Counted from the stretch's first letter, positions 29,285 to 37,764 are shown. The stretch: DNA of 64,000 bases from Patescibacteria group bacterium (GCA_028717685.1 JAQUNI010000002.1:71903-135902); one strand, 5' to 3'. Notes: generated from the letters alone by a model not told the origin. Numbers and translations are program-made.

Positions 29285-31135
29285 TTAAGGCGTCAGAGGC
29301 ACTAGATCGGGTATGCCGTCGCCATTTTGATCACCTTGAGGCGTCAGCGGCACAACATCGGGCAAACCGTCGCCATTCTGATCGTTGCTGGTTGCGGGAT
29401 TTTGATTTCCTTCCGGGGTCAAAGGCACGAGGTCGGGCAAGCCATCGCCGTCCTGGTCGTTGGAGGAGGAAGTGTTATCGCCCGGTTTCCACTCGGAAGT
29501 TAGCACAATGCGCAAGGGTTCTTGTTTATCGCAACTTAAACCCTTAAGATTGCCCTCCGCGTCATAAAGGTTTTTCAACTCCGCCGGCAGATTGTATTGT
29601 TGCGCCATTTCCCGCACTTTTTTGGTTGCTTCCTTGTAAGCGGCCATTCCTTCTTCTGAAGGCTCGAAGGAAATAACGGCTCCATTTTGACCATTATCTC
29701 GGATAAGTTTACCGCTGCCCACCATTTGGATTCCAGGCGCGATCGTTTCCGTGGATTCGGGTGTATAGGTCTCTGACCAGTGCCAGTTGCTATCAGGCGA
29801 AATGTGTAAAGCTTTCGCTGTTTGTTCTGGTCCAGCAAGGCTGGATTGATAATTGCCCGCTCGTGCTGCCCAAATTGGAAAGCTTTCACCCTCGCGAATC
29901 CCCGCTAAAGAAAAGGTGGTCAACATCAGATCCGTGGATTTTCCCTTAACATTATGCATTGGGATGTCAAGTAAGTAATAAGAATCAATCGTACGCGACT
30001 CTTTATGTATCAGGGCATCTAGGTCGGTATCAGTGGTGTAATACTGATAGACGCGCCAATCCGTGCGCCAGGCAGGTTCGCCAACGGCGGCATCGTCCGT
30101 ATGAAGTCCTTCCGAAAGAACCATTGTTTTTGACTGCGCGCTTTCCTGAAAAAATCCGCCGGCTAAGTTCATATTAAAAGTGCAGCCATAAGAGTCTGAT
30201 TGGCGGATGATATATTTTCCTGAAGTCTTTTCCTCTTCGCAATCGTTCGTGAACGCCTTTTCAGTCTTCAGCGCCAAGTCTGGGTAAGGAAAAAATTGCA
30301 TCATCTGCCAAGCCGTAACCAAATCCGTCAAAGCGTCCGGCGTTTCGTTCGGGCAATAATCTTGAATTACTTTATTGGTTAATTCTTCGGCAATTTGGGA
30401 AGCGCGCTCCCAGCTGGCATCGTTATATTGCTTGGCTTTGCCTGTGGCATCATCAACCGCGATTTTGCTCATCTCCGCCTCGAATTCTTGATACATACTT
30501 TGATTTTCAGGATCCTTAAAAGTGAATTCGAACCCATTGGGCGTTCCGCCGCCGACATAACTCGCGTGCGTTAATACGGTTTGATAGACGTTGTTCCCGA
30601 GATTTATCGTCGGCAGCCACTCCCATTCTTTTTTCACAGTATCCCAGTAACCCAAGGCAAAATCCTTTTTTGGCGCTTCATTTAAAGTGATTTTAAAAAT
30701 GAGTCCGCGCTTGAAATCTTTTTCACTAATTGAAATTTCAAATAAACCCCCGATCACCCCTTGGGGCCAGATGGATTCCGCGGCTTCCTTGATTGTGATT
30801 TTCGGTTTTTTTGTAAAAGCCGCTTGGGGAACAATAAGCTCCGCCTTGCCGCCCGCGGCGCTAGCCTGAAGAATATCGGGACGATCCGCCGCGCTTTGTT
30901 CACTAGCGCCCCGTTCCAAGAGGGCGGAAATCATAATCCCCGGATTAGGCAAGAAGAAAAGGAAGGAAGAGGCAACCAGCCAAAGCACAAGGAGCACTCC
31001 GGGTAAACAAAATAAAGCCACCAAGAGAATAATTAATTTTTTGTGGGATTTTTTGGGTGGAGCGGGGGAGGGGGTGTTTGCCACTGGCGGGGCAGGCGGA
31101 TTAGGCGGGACAGGGGGTAAGTTTTGTGTTTCCAT
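29285..31135 (-). CDS. membrane-anchored surface protein with Pro-rich N-terminus and C-terminal thrombospondin-type-3-like Ca-binding repeats
   Basis: PPVPPNPPAPP, a TM helix, and three NDQDGDGLPDLVPLTP-type repeats at the C-terminus. Confidence 0.5.
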   Translation of the reverse strand: METQNLPPVPPNPPAPPVANTPSPAPPKKSHKKLIILLVALFCLPGVLLVLWLVASSFLFFLPNPGIMISALLERGASEQSAADRPDILQASAAGGKAELIVPQAAFTKKPKITIKEAAESIWPQGVIGGLFEISISEKDFKRGLIFKITLNEAPKKDFALGYWDTVKKEWEWLPTINLGNNVYQTVLTHASYVGGGTPNGFEFTFKDPENQSMYQEFEAEMSKIAVDDATGKAKQYNDASWERASQIAEELTNKVIQDYCPNETPDALTDLVTAWQMMQFFPYPDLALKTEKAFTNDCEEEKTSGKYIIRQSDSYGCTFNMNLAGGFFQESAQSKTMVLSEGLHTDDAAVGEPAWRTDWRVYQYYTTDTDLDALIHKESRTIDSYYLLDIPMHNVKGKSTDLMLTTFSLAGIREGESFPIWAARAGNYQSSLAGPEQTAKALHISPDSNWHWSETYTPESTETIAPGIQMVGSGKLIRDNGQNGAVISFEPSEEGMAAYKEATKKVREMAQQYNLPAELKNLYDAEGNLKGLSCDKQEPLRIVLTSEWKPGDNTSSSNDQDGDGLPDLVPLTPEGNQNPATSNDQNGDGLPDVVPLTPQGDQNGDGIPDLVPLTP

Positions 31136-31454
31136 GTTTTTGTGTTTATTTGCTAATTTTATTTTTGTGAAAAGTGCTAAAATTTTTGGATTCTTTTAGA
31201 TTTTATGAATCTTACTTGAACTATTTTCAAGTCCCGCAGTTGAATGCAGGATAAATTCCAGAGCGCGTCAGCTTTGCTGGCACGCCGTTTAAATTCTTAA
31301 TTAAAGAATATCACAATTCGTAAACAATTGCATCTTTTAAAGACTGATTTTTGAAATCTGTCTTTTCTCCTATTTTTTGCCTTCTATTTTAAGCCGGTGG
31401 CATTTTTAGAGATTTCGGAGAGCTTTTGATGAGAATAGATTTTTTTAGTAATAA

Positions 31455-31490
31455 AATAAAAAGGTGAGGGCTGAAAAACCTTCACCTTCG
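31455..31490 (-). terminator. rho-independent terminator of the RT gene
   Basis: Minus strand AAGGTGAAGGTTTTTCAGCCCTCACCTTTTTATTTT, preceded by a second hairpin. Confidence 0.6.
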
Positions 31491-31528
31491 CGTTCTTAAA
31501 CTTACACGGGTTTGACCTGCGTAAGTTT

Positions 31529-32791
31529 TTATTTCTCTTCGGTTTGAATCTCGCGAAGCAACTTATAATAAGGTCCCGTAATTTGTGCTGGTAGATCATT
31601 GTAATTAAAATCAAACGACCCATTGGTGCCAAGCTTTCCATAGATGGGCTTCAATGAAGCAATAAACCCCTTTACTTTGGGTCGCAAAGATAGATCGGAA
31701 ATCGCCCGGTAGATGATTCCCCGCCAGCGGCGCACTGTCTTTTTCGGCAGAACGATTTTACTATTGCCTTCCTTATCTTTGATAATCCGCAGACCGGTAA
31801 TAAGTGGCGCTTCGTGAATAATACCGCGGTGCGACACCTTTTTGGCATTGGGTTTAAAACCGTATTTTTCAATAGTCTCGTAAAATTTTCCTTGAACATC
31901 TTCAGGAATTGGCTTTTGCGCTGACACCACAATATTATCAACATACATTCCCGCTTCAAATCGGAATTTGTCTTGACGTTTATTGTCAGCGAGGAAAACA
32001 AAGAATGGGGACGGACACAGCGAACAAAGTTCGCTAAAAAATCCGCTTTCTGTTAAATAGATATAAAACAGAAAAGGCGCGGTGGGCGTGCCTTGCGGCA
32101 AAATATAGTTCCAGGTTGTCAACTTGATAATGAGCTCGGTGAGCGCCTTGGCAATTTTTGCCTTACCGGCCAGAAGCCACCGGTCATCGTCTTCAAACAG
32201 CCAGCCGTCCAATATACTTGAAGCCCTGTAAAAGAAGGAAAAACTTAAATGTTTCTTTGCGTCTTCAAGGTCCCGAGCATAGGAAGATATTTCATCCTCT
32301 TCTTTTATAAGCTTCATTCTTTCTGTAAGTGCTCGGCAATGGCTAACATCAAGCTCGTATGCTTCTAGTTCGCTGATTATCCGGTTGAAAACAATCTCTT
32401 CTAAATTCCGGACGCTCGTTGACGGAAAGGCATCTGCCAAATCTAACTGCCAAAACCATTTAGCGTCTTTGTGGCGATGAGCATGCCATACGTAAGACGT
32501 TAATTCTCCTCCCGGATACAAGCCATATAGACCATCGTGAAGCATATTCCACATTTTGTGAAGAAATCTTCGGAGGATTTTTTTCTGTATCGCTTTCAGT
32601 TCTTCAGATGGAATAAAAAGAGTGCGAAAACCGTCTGATTTCTTCGGAACTTCAAGTACACGATAATCCGGCGTGAGCAATGATATGCGGCAGACATCTA
32701 CCTTTAATATACTAGCTAAAACCGCTTCAGCCTTTGGCAAGCCAAATTGCTGGAGCATTTCGGCTTCTCTTTCTTCTCGCGATTTTCGCAC
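31529..32791 (-). CDS. stand-alone reverse transcriptase, retron/Abi lineage, with non-canonical YVDN in place of YADD
   Basis: RT domains: FRTLFIPS (1), WFWQLDLADAFPS (3), LPQGTPTAPF (4, QGxxxP type), MYVDNIVV (5), PLITGLRII (VTG-like thumb). GTG start at 32791 with AAGGAGG RBS; the track uses the upstream TTG at 32827. Confidence 0.75.
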   Translation of the reverse strand: MRKSREEREAEMLQQFGLPKAEAVLASILKVDVCRISLLTPDYRVLEVPKKSDGFRTLFIPSEELKAIQKKILRRFLHKMWNMLHDGLYGLYPGGELTSYVWHAHRHKDAKWFWQLDLADAFPSTSVRNLEEIVFNRIISELEAYELDVSHCRALTERMKLIKEEDEISSYARDLEDAKKHLSFSFFYRASSILDGWLFEDDDRWLLAGKAKIAKALTELIIKLTTWNYILPQGTPTAPFLFYIYLTESGFFSELCSLCPSPFFVFLADNKRQDKFRFEAGMYVDNIVVSAQKPIPEDVQGKFYETIEKYGFKPNAKKVSHRGIIHEAPLITGLRIIKDKEGNSKIVLPKKTVRRWRGIIYRAISDLSLRPKVKGFIASLKPIYGKLGTNGSFDFNYNDLPAQITGPYYKLLREIQTEEK

Positions 32792-33170
32792 TTTACTTCC
32801 CTCCTTTTTGAAATTGGGAACGAACAAAAGTGTGGGGACTCATTTTTGCACAGCTTCTTGATTTCCGCTGAAAATAGCGCAATTTTACAACCAGCCGTCA
32901 GATACTGACGACCGCCGTACTTTGGTTGGAGTTAACCGCCCAGCTTGTACGATTTATTCAAGCCGCGTTTGACCCCACTGGTTTCAGCATATCGCTATAA
33001 AGATAATTTGACAAGTAGAAATAAAAAAGGCGGCATATGAAGCGCGTCCCCTGAAGTTTTGGATGGATAATATTATAATTCCCGAAGTAAAGTGATCTGG
33101 TTTGTGGAAAGTTTGGTCAAAGGCAAATGGTTTTATTGGTTTAATTTTAAGAGTTTTTTGTAATTTTAGT

Positions 33171-33695
33171 TTAATCGGTTTTTTCATTCTCTAACTTTTC
33201 TGGCCAAGGATAAGGCATTGACTCTGAAATTGGTATTTGCTTTATTTTCCCTTCTTCTTCCATAATAACCACAACATCTAGTCCTGAGCGCAAGCTGCTT
33301 TCGTAAATCAGTTGCTTGCAGATATGGCAATTTGGTCCGGTAATCGCCACAATATCCTTTTCGCCGTGAATAGCGGCGTGAGCCAACGCCGTTGCTTCCG
33401 AATGCATAGTTAAAGTTTCCGTGTCTGAAAGATAAGAAACGCCAGTATAGATATTTCCTTTTTTTGTCATCAAGGCAACGGCATACCCATCGCCACTTTT
33501 GGGATAAGTATTTTTCAACGCTTCATTGCTTAACCTTAAAAGATTTTTACATTCTTCATCGGTTAGCTCGTAGTATGTTTTGTTGCCTAAAGTTTTTGCT
33601 TTCATAATTGTTTTGCGGCGCTTGTCCGCAGGGAGGAGAGCATAAGTGGGGTGCGGAACAAAGCGGAACAGAGTAGGTTCAGAATGAATCCACAC
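33171..33695 (-). CDS. cytidine/deoxycytidine deaminase family protein (CDA fold)
   Basis: HSEATAL (HxE) and PNCHICKQ (PCxxC) zinc ligands, collinear with tetrameric Cdd over ~125 aa. GTG start 1 nt after the PP2C stop; an internal ATG at 33605 is possible. Confidence 0.65.
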   Translation of the reverse strand: MWIHSEPTLFRFVPHPTYALLPADKRRKTIMKAKTLGNKTYYELTDEECKNLLRLSNEALKNTYPKSGDGYAVALMTKKGNIYTGVSYLSDTETLTMHSEATALAHAAIHGEKDIVAITGPNCHICKQLIYESSLRSGLDVVVIMEEEGKIKQIPISESMPYPWPEKLENEKTD

Positions 33696-33696
33696 A

Positions 33697-34473
33697 TTAG
33701 AATTTAATTATTACTATACTTCTGTCATCCTTGGATTTAGTTGATTTATATTTTTTCCATTTATCTGGATCTTCTTTTTCAACTTTTTCAAAAATTTTTT
33801 CCCATGCTTCAATTGAAACTTCTTGAGGTATATCGAAATAACCATCAGTAAATAGTTCAATTATTTTTATTTTATCTTGATTATATTCAAAAATTTTTAC
33901 AAATTTAGATGGTGTTTTAGTGCCATCAATGACTCCATAACCAAGAAGTTCTTGAGGATTGTTTTGATATTCAAATTGTTTTAAAAGTAAAGGCATTATG
34001 TGCTCTCTGCTCCCTTTAATATCATTTGTTTCTCTAATATATTTTGCTCTTTCTTCTGAATTATCAATATCAATCTGTTTTGTTTCCTGATAAACTTCAG
34101 TTCCATTAATCCTCATGCCTGAATCTCCTAAATAGGTGATTATTATTTTATTATTAATGAGCCTTACGCAAATAAATCCACAGGTAAACCTATGTTTTGG
34201 GTCTTTAGTTTCTTCCAAAATTTTTAATTTGCCATATAATTCCTTGGTTTTTTGGTTAAGATAATTGACTAATTCAATTCCATTTAGATTAGCTGATAAG
34301 CACTCATTTACGACAATTCGAGAAACAAGTTCTCCTCCTGTTTTGTCATTATATTTTTTGCCACTTTTATCTGTGGCGCCATCGGCTATAGCAAAACAAT
34401 TCTTATTATAGGCAAAATAATCTTCATTTCTATCTCTGGTTTTTCCTTTTGAAAAAGTTCGAACTTGCGCCAT
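33697..34473 (-). CDS. PP2C-family (PPM) serine/threonine phosphatase
   Basis: RDRNEDYF, AIADGATD, LGDSGMRI, FTDGYFD, KDDRSIVII correspond to PPM motifs 1, 2, 5, 8 and 11. Confidence 0.6.
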   Translation of the reverse strand: MAQVRTFSKGKTRDRNEDYFAYNKNCFAIADGATDKSGKKYNDKTGGELVSRIVVNECLSANLNGIELVNYLNQKTKELYGKLKILEETKDPKHRFTCGFICVRLINNKIIITYLGDSGMRINGTEVYQETKQIDIDNSEERAKYIRETNDIKGSREHIMPLLLKQFEYQNNPQELLGYGVIDGTKTPSKFVKIFEYNQDKIKIIELFTDGYFDIPQEVSIEAWEKIFEKVEKEDPDKWKKYKSTKSKDDRSIVIIKF

Positions 34474-34756
34474 GATTTTTTGTTTCAGAGAAATGCGATT
34501 AAATTAGAAGCGAGGTTCATTCTCAATTTCACTTAACAATTTTTAAATGCACTTATTTAAAATCCACGCACTAAGGAAAAGCTTAGTGCGGGAAAAACTG
34601 CCCGCAAAATCCGCGATGTTTAGGTTCGTCGGGGATGTCTGCCTTAGGTCATTCAGGCGTTCGTCCCGAGGACTCAGCCCCGAGGGACTCTGATGAGTCT
34701 TTAAGACCCGAAGAGCGGACGGTCTCGCACACCCCCGCCCTCGCTTTCATAAATTA

Positions 34757-35314
34757 CTAAAATTTTAACCTTTTTCTTAACTCCGTAGACGACAAAAGTT
34801 TTTTCGACCATTCTTTGTAATGTCTAGTATCTTCAATTAGTCCACCATGATAAACCTGCATGTAAACAAGATTGTTCTCGTAGAAGATTTTTTCCTCGCC
34901 TTCTACAAATCCTCTTTTTTTTGTAAATCTGTTTCTATACAAAAACTTATTTTCTCGGAAACCGTCTAATCCTCGGTGAGTTGTTTTTCCTGCTCCTGCA
35001 CGCAATGCCTTTTTCAGAAAATCAAAGACCACTTTTGGCCCTAATTTTCTACCTGCGCCTATAAGGATTCCATAGTAGTTAACTCCGTATATAGGATGCT
35101 TCCGATAGAAAGTTATTGTTTGCCCCATATTCAACTCTTCTCCGCTATAGCGGTCAATCACTACATAAGGTCCTTTCCGGTAGGTTATAACCTTAAACCA
35201 AGGCAAAAATGGGTCCAAAAATTTCTGTGGGCTTCCGCCGTAACCTTTGGTTTTATCTTCTCTCAAAGATATTTCTCGTAATTTTTTTAAATGATTTTGT
35301 AGGTTTTTACTCAT
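34757..35314 (-). CDS. hypothetical protein (possible toxin partner of upstream HTH)
   Basis: 186 aa, basic; ATGAGTAA start/stop overlap with the HTH gene. No recognisable domain. Confidence 0.4.
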   Translation of the reverse strand: MSKNLQNHLKKLREISLREDKTKGYGGSPQKFLDPFLPWFKVITYRKGPYVVIDRYSGEELNMGQTITFYRKHPIYGVNYYGILIGAGRKLGPKVVFDFLKKALRAGAGKTTHRGLDGFRENKFLYRNRFTKKRGFVEGEEKIFYENNLVYMQVYHGGLIEDTRHYKEWSKKLLSSTELRKRLKF

Positions 35315-35459
35315 ATTTAAGTAATTCCTTTGGTTCAACACCAAGTGCTTTCGTCATTTTTTTAATAGTGAGTAAGGAAGGGTTTCTCTTACCTCGTTCT
35401 AGTCTGCTTATATATATAACTTTGGTGGACGCTAAGCGTTCTTGCCATGTACTACACAT
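35307..35459 (-). CDS. XRE-family helix-turn-helix fragment (50 aa, lacks helix 1)
   Basis: QERLASTKVIYISRLERGKRNPSLLTIKKMTKALGVEPKELL matches XRE helices 2-3. The ORF starts 14 nt from the tRNA 3' end; the track extension over the tRNA is spurious. Confidence 0.45.
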   Translation of the reverse strand: MCSTWQERLASTKVIYISRLERGKRNPSLLTIKKMTKALGVEPKELLKYE

Positions 35460-35473
35460 ACAGCACTCTTTAG

Positions 35474-35547
35474 TCGGGGATGTGGGACTTGAACCCACGG
35501 CCTCGCGCACCCCATGCGCGCGCGCTAGCCAACTGCGCCAATCCCCG
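35474..35547 (-). tRNA. tRNA-Pro (anticodon GGG)
   Basis: 74-nt cloverleaf: acceptor CGGGGAT/ATCCCCG, D-arm GCGC-AGTTGGCTA-GCGC, anticodon stem CGCGC/GCGCG with loop ATGGGGT, T-arm GTGGG-TTCAAGT-CCCAC, discriminator A, no encoded CCA. Confidence 0.85.
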
Positions 35548-35622
35548 TAATTGTAATTTTCAATTTTTAATTTCTAATTTTCAATCAATTTTTAATAATT
35601 CAATTTTTAATTTCAAAAAGGG

Positions 35623-35877
35623 TTAAATTTTTTTCTTAACCATAAAGTAGTAAATCAGCGCGCCGAGCCAGTAGGTGAACACCAGAACCAAGACCCAGAC
35701 AATTTTTTCATTTTCTTTTGCGGTTGGAAAATCTCTTTTTAGAAGGTCAACGAGCATCCAAATCCAAAAAATCGCTCCGCCGATAAAGAATAGAGCGATT
35801 ACGCTCCAGATGAAGAAGACAAAAATAATTGGTAGGAAGAAAAGGGGGAGGGGGTTGAAGCTTAGAATAGTTTTCAT
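35623..35877 (-). CDS. PLDc_N-domain small membrane protein
   Basis: 84 aa, 2 TM; IWMLVDLLKRDF ... LGALIYYF is the PLD-nuclease N-terminal motif. Confidence 0.6.
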   Translation of the reverse strand: MKTILSFNPLPLFFLPIIFVFFIWSVIALFFIGGAIFWIWMLVDLLKRDFPTAKENEKIVWVLVLVFTYWLGALIYYFMVKKKI

Positions 35878-35980
35878 AAATAAATTGATTTATTTAGAAA
35901 ATTATGATAAGATAAGCTGTTCTTTTGTGTCGTTCCTTGAATCTACATTTTTCTCATTTTTTGCGAAAGGAGTTTTAAGA

Positions 35981-36676
35981 ATGTCAGCGGAATATTTAGA
36001 CTTGGTGGCTACGGGGTTGGTAAGGGAAGAACTGAGCTCTGATTATCGCGATCATCTTCCGGAAGCGCTTCTGGATTTAGTGGAGAAGCCCTTTTATTGT
36101 TTCATTCCCGATGGTTTTGCTTTTGGCAGTGTGGGCGGCGCGGCGGTAATTGACGAAATTTACATTGATTCCGAGCATAATGTCTACATTTTTTCTGAAG
36201 GTTTTTCCACTTGGAGGGGGTTTTTCTTTCCCGCCTTGAAATTTCCCTGTCGCGGGAAGAGATGGCAGTTTGTGTATCATACAAGTCCCTTTGGCGCGGA
36301 AGAGCAGAGGCTTTCTTCAGATGTTCATTTCGGCGATCAGCCAAAGATGGAAATCTATGAATCGAAAGACATTCAGGGATTAGGAAATAATCTTTCTCGG
36401 CGTTATTTCTATTGCCTTTATCGGCTTTCTATTTCGGGTAAAACGATTGCGGGAATGTTCCGAAGCCGCGTGACGCAGGTGGCGTGCGATGGAGAGCATG
36501 GGCATCTGCTCTTAAATTTCGCGCCTAAAATCCAGAAGCCCACAATGTTTTTCCAATATTTAAGTTTATACAAAGGAAGCAATCCTCATATGAGTTTGTG
36601 CTATTATTATTCTCCCTATTTAGAAAAACCTTTTGAGGAGGACGTGGAAATTCATTTTTATACTCTCGCAATTTAA
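35981..36676 (+). CDS. hypothetical protein
   Basis: ATG at 35981 with AAAGGAG RBS; the upstream track extension is unlikely. Hairpin terminator AACCCTAATAAAAATAGGGTTTTTTTT follows. Confidence 0.45.
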   Translation: MSAEYLDLVATGLVREELSSDYRDHLPEALLDLVEKPFYCFIPDGFAFGSVGGAAVIDEIYIDSEHNVYIFSEGFSTWRGFFFPALKFPCRGKRWQFVYHTSPFGAEEQRLSSDVHFGDQPKMEIYESKDIQGLGNNLSRRYFYCLYRLSISGKTIAGMFRSRVTQVACDGEHGHLLLNFAPKIQKPTMFFQYLSLYKGSNPHMSLCYYYSPYLEKPFEEDVEIHFYTLAI

Positions 36677-36814
36677 CCCTAATAAAAATAGGGTTTTTTT
36701 TATCCCGCACCTTTAGAAGAATACCCTGCCAGTCTAGTTAGCGATGATGAATGAGTATCAAAAAGGTCCTTATCTTCCGAGGTCTTTATACTCCGCTAAG
36801 TAAAGGTGCAGGAT

Positions 36815-36985
36815 TTATTTTACCTTTGCCATTGTTTTGACACATTTCGCGCAAGCTAAAATTTGCTTGTCTTTCAAAGTAATTTTTTGCAAATTTAATT
36901 TTTGCATTCTTTTGGTCGCGATATTGGAATGGCTGCGGGTGTAACCCATGCGGGGTTTGCGTCCGCAAATCTGGCAGAACATCAT
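36815..36985 (-). CDS. rpmB: 50S ribosomal protein L28
   Basis: MMFCQICGRKPRMGYTRSHSNIATKRMQKLNLQ...CAKCVK (56 aa), read by hand on the minus strand. The track lists a spurious ORF in another frame here. Confidence 0.75.
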   Translation of the reverse strand: MMFCQICGRKPRMGYTRSHSNIATKRMQKLNLQKITLKDKQILACAKCVKTMAKVK

Positions 36986-37110
36986 AAAATTATTCTTTTA
37001 TAGAGTAAGATACTAAAGTTAAATTAACATTCTTTTGCCCAATTTGCAAGGCTTATTCCTTTATGTTAAAATAAAGACTATCTTTCTTCGCTTTTTAATT
37101 ATTTTTTTAT

Positions 37111-37764
37111 TTGATGTTTTTATTTTCTTTTTTATCTGAACCGATTGTGTTTTTGGCTTGGCTGGTCGCGATGGCAATTTCGGTAACCCTCCATGAATTT
37201 GCCCACGCCCTCTCCGCCTATCTTCAGGGGGACGCAACCGCAAAATACAGCGGACGCTTGAGCCTCAATCCCTTAAAACATCTTGATTTATGGGGGACAT
37301 TGATGCTGCTTTTGGTTGGTTTTGGCTGGGGTAAGCCCGTGCCTTACAATCCTTACAATTTAAGAAACCAGAAGTGGGGACCCTCTATTGTCGCTCTCGC
37401 GGGTCCGGGAGCCAATCTTTTTTTGATTCTTTTTTTTGGTTTGATCCTAAAAATATTGGTGGTGGGCGGAGTTTTAGATGTGGGCAATATGCTCTATATT
37501 TTGATAGAAATGATTATTATTTTAAACGCGGTTTGGTTTACGTTTAATCTTATTCCGATTCCCCCTCTGGATGGTTCTAAATTGCTTTTTGCGATTTTGC
37601 CTCGCCGTTTTGACCATTGGAAAATATTTCTGGCTGTAAGAGGTCCTTTGATTCTAATCTTTTTGATTATTTTGGATCGCCTGCTTAATTTTTCTTTGTT
37701 GGAATCGCTTTTCAATTTGGTAATCCGCGTTGTGGCGGGTATGTTTGGGTTATCTCTATTATAG
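37111..37764 (+). CDS. site-2 protease family (M50B) membrane metalloprotease
   Basis: LHEFAHAL HExxH in TM1, LNPLKHLD, polytopic. Confidence 0.7.
   Translation: MMFLFSFLSEPIVFLAWLVAMAISVTLHEFAHALSAYLQGDATAKYSGRLSLNPLKHLDLWGTLMLLLVGFGWGKPVPYNPYNLRNQKWGPSIVALAGPGANLFLILFFGLILKILVVGGVLDVGNMLYILIEMIIILNAVWFTFNLIPIPPLDGSKLLFAILPRRFDHWKIFLAVRGPLILIFLIILDRLLNFSLLESLFNLVIRVVAGMFGLSLL

Noticed and set aside
2452-32791. Diversity-generating retroelement (four-helix-bundle Avd-like gene + RT)
   Set aside because: The two genes are 29 kb apart. The RT has a QGxxxP domain 4 rather than the DGR-type IGxxxSQ, and no TR/VR repeat pair was seen.
31529-32827. Group II intron-encoded RT
   Set aside because: No domain X/maturase or En domain, no intron domain V/VI RNA motifs in the flanks, and the gene has its own RBS and terminator.
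34680-34720. Hammerhead-ribozyme-like CUGAUGAG core on the plus strand
   Set aside because: No GAAA box in the right register and no convincing stems I-III. It is antisense to the local transcription direction, so it is most likely chance.
35307-35510. Track ORF extending the HTH protein across the tRNA-Pro gene
   Set aside because: It overlaps a well-formed tRNA on the same strand. The only plausible start is the ATG at 35459, downstream of the tRNA.
36786-36968. 60-aa ORF on the minus strand
   Set aside because: A different frame of the same DNA encodes a clear L28 (rpmB) at 36815-36985; the track ORF is an overlap artefact.
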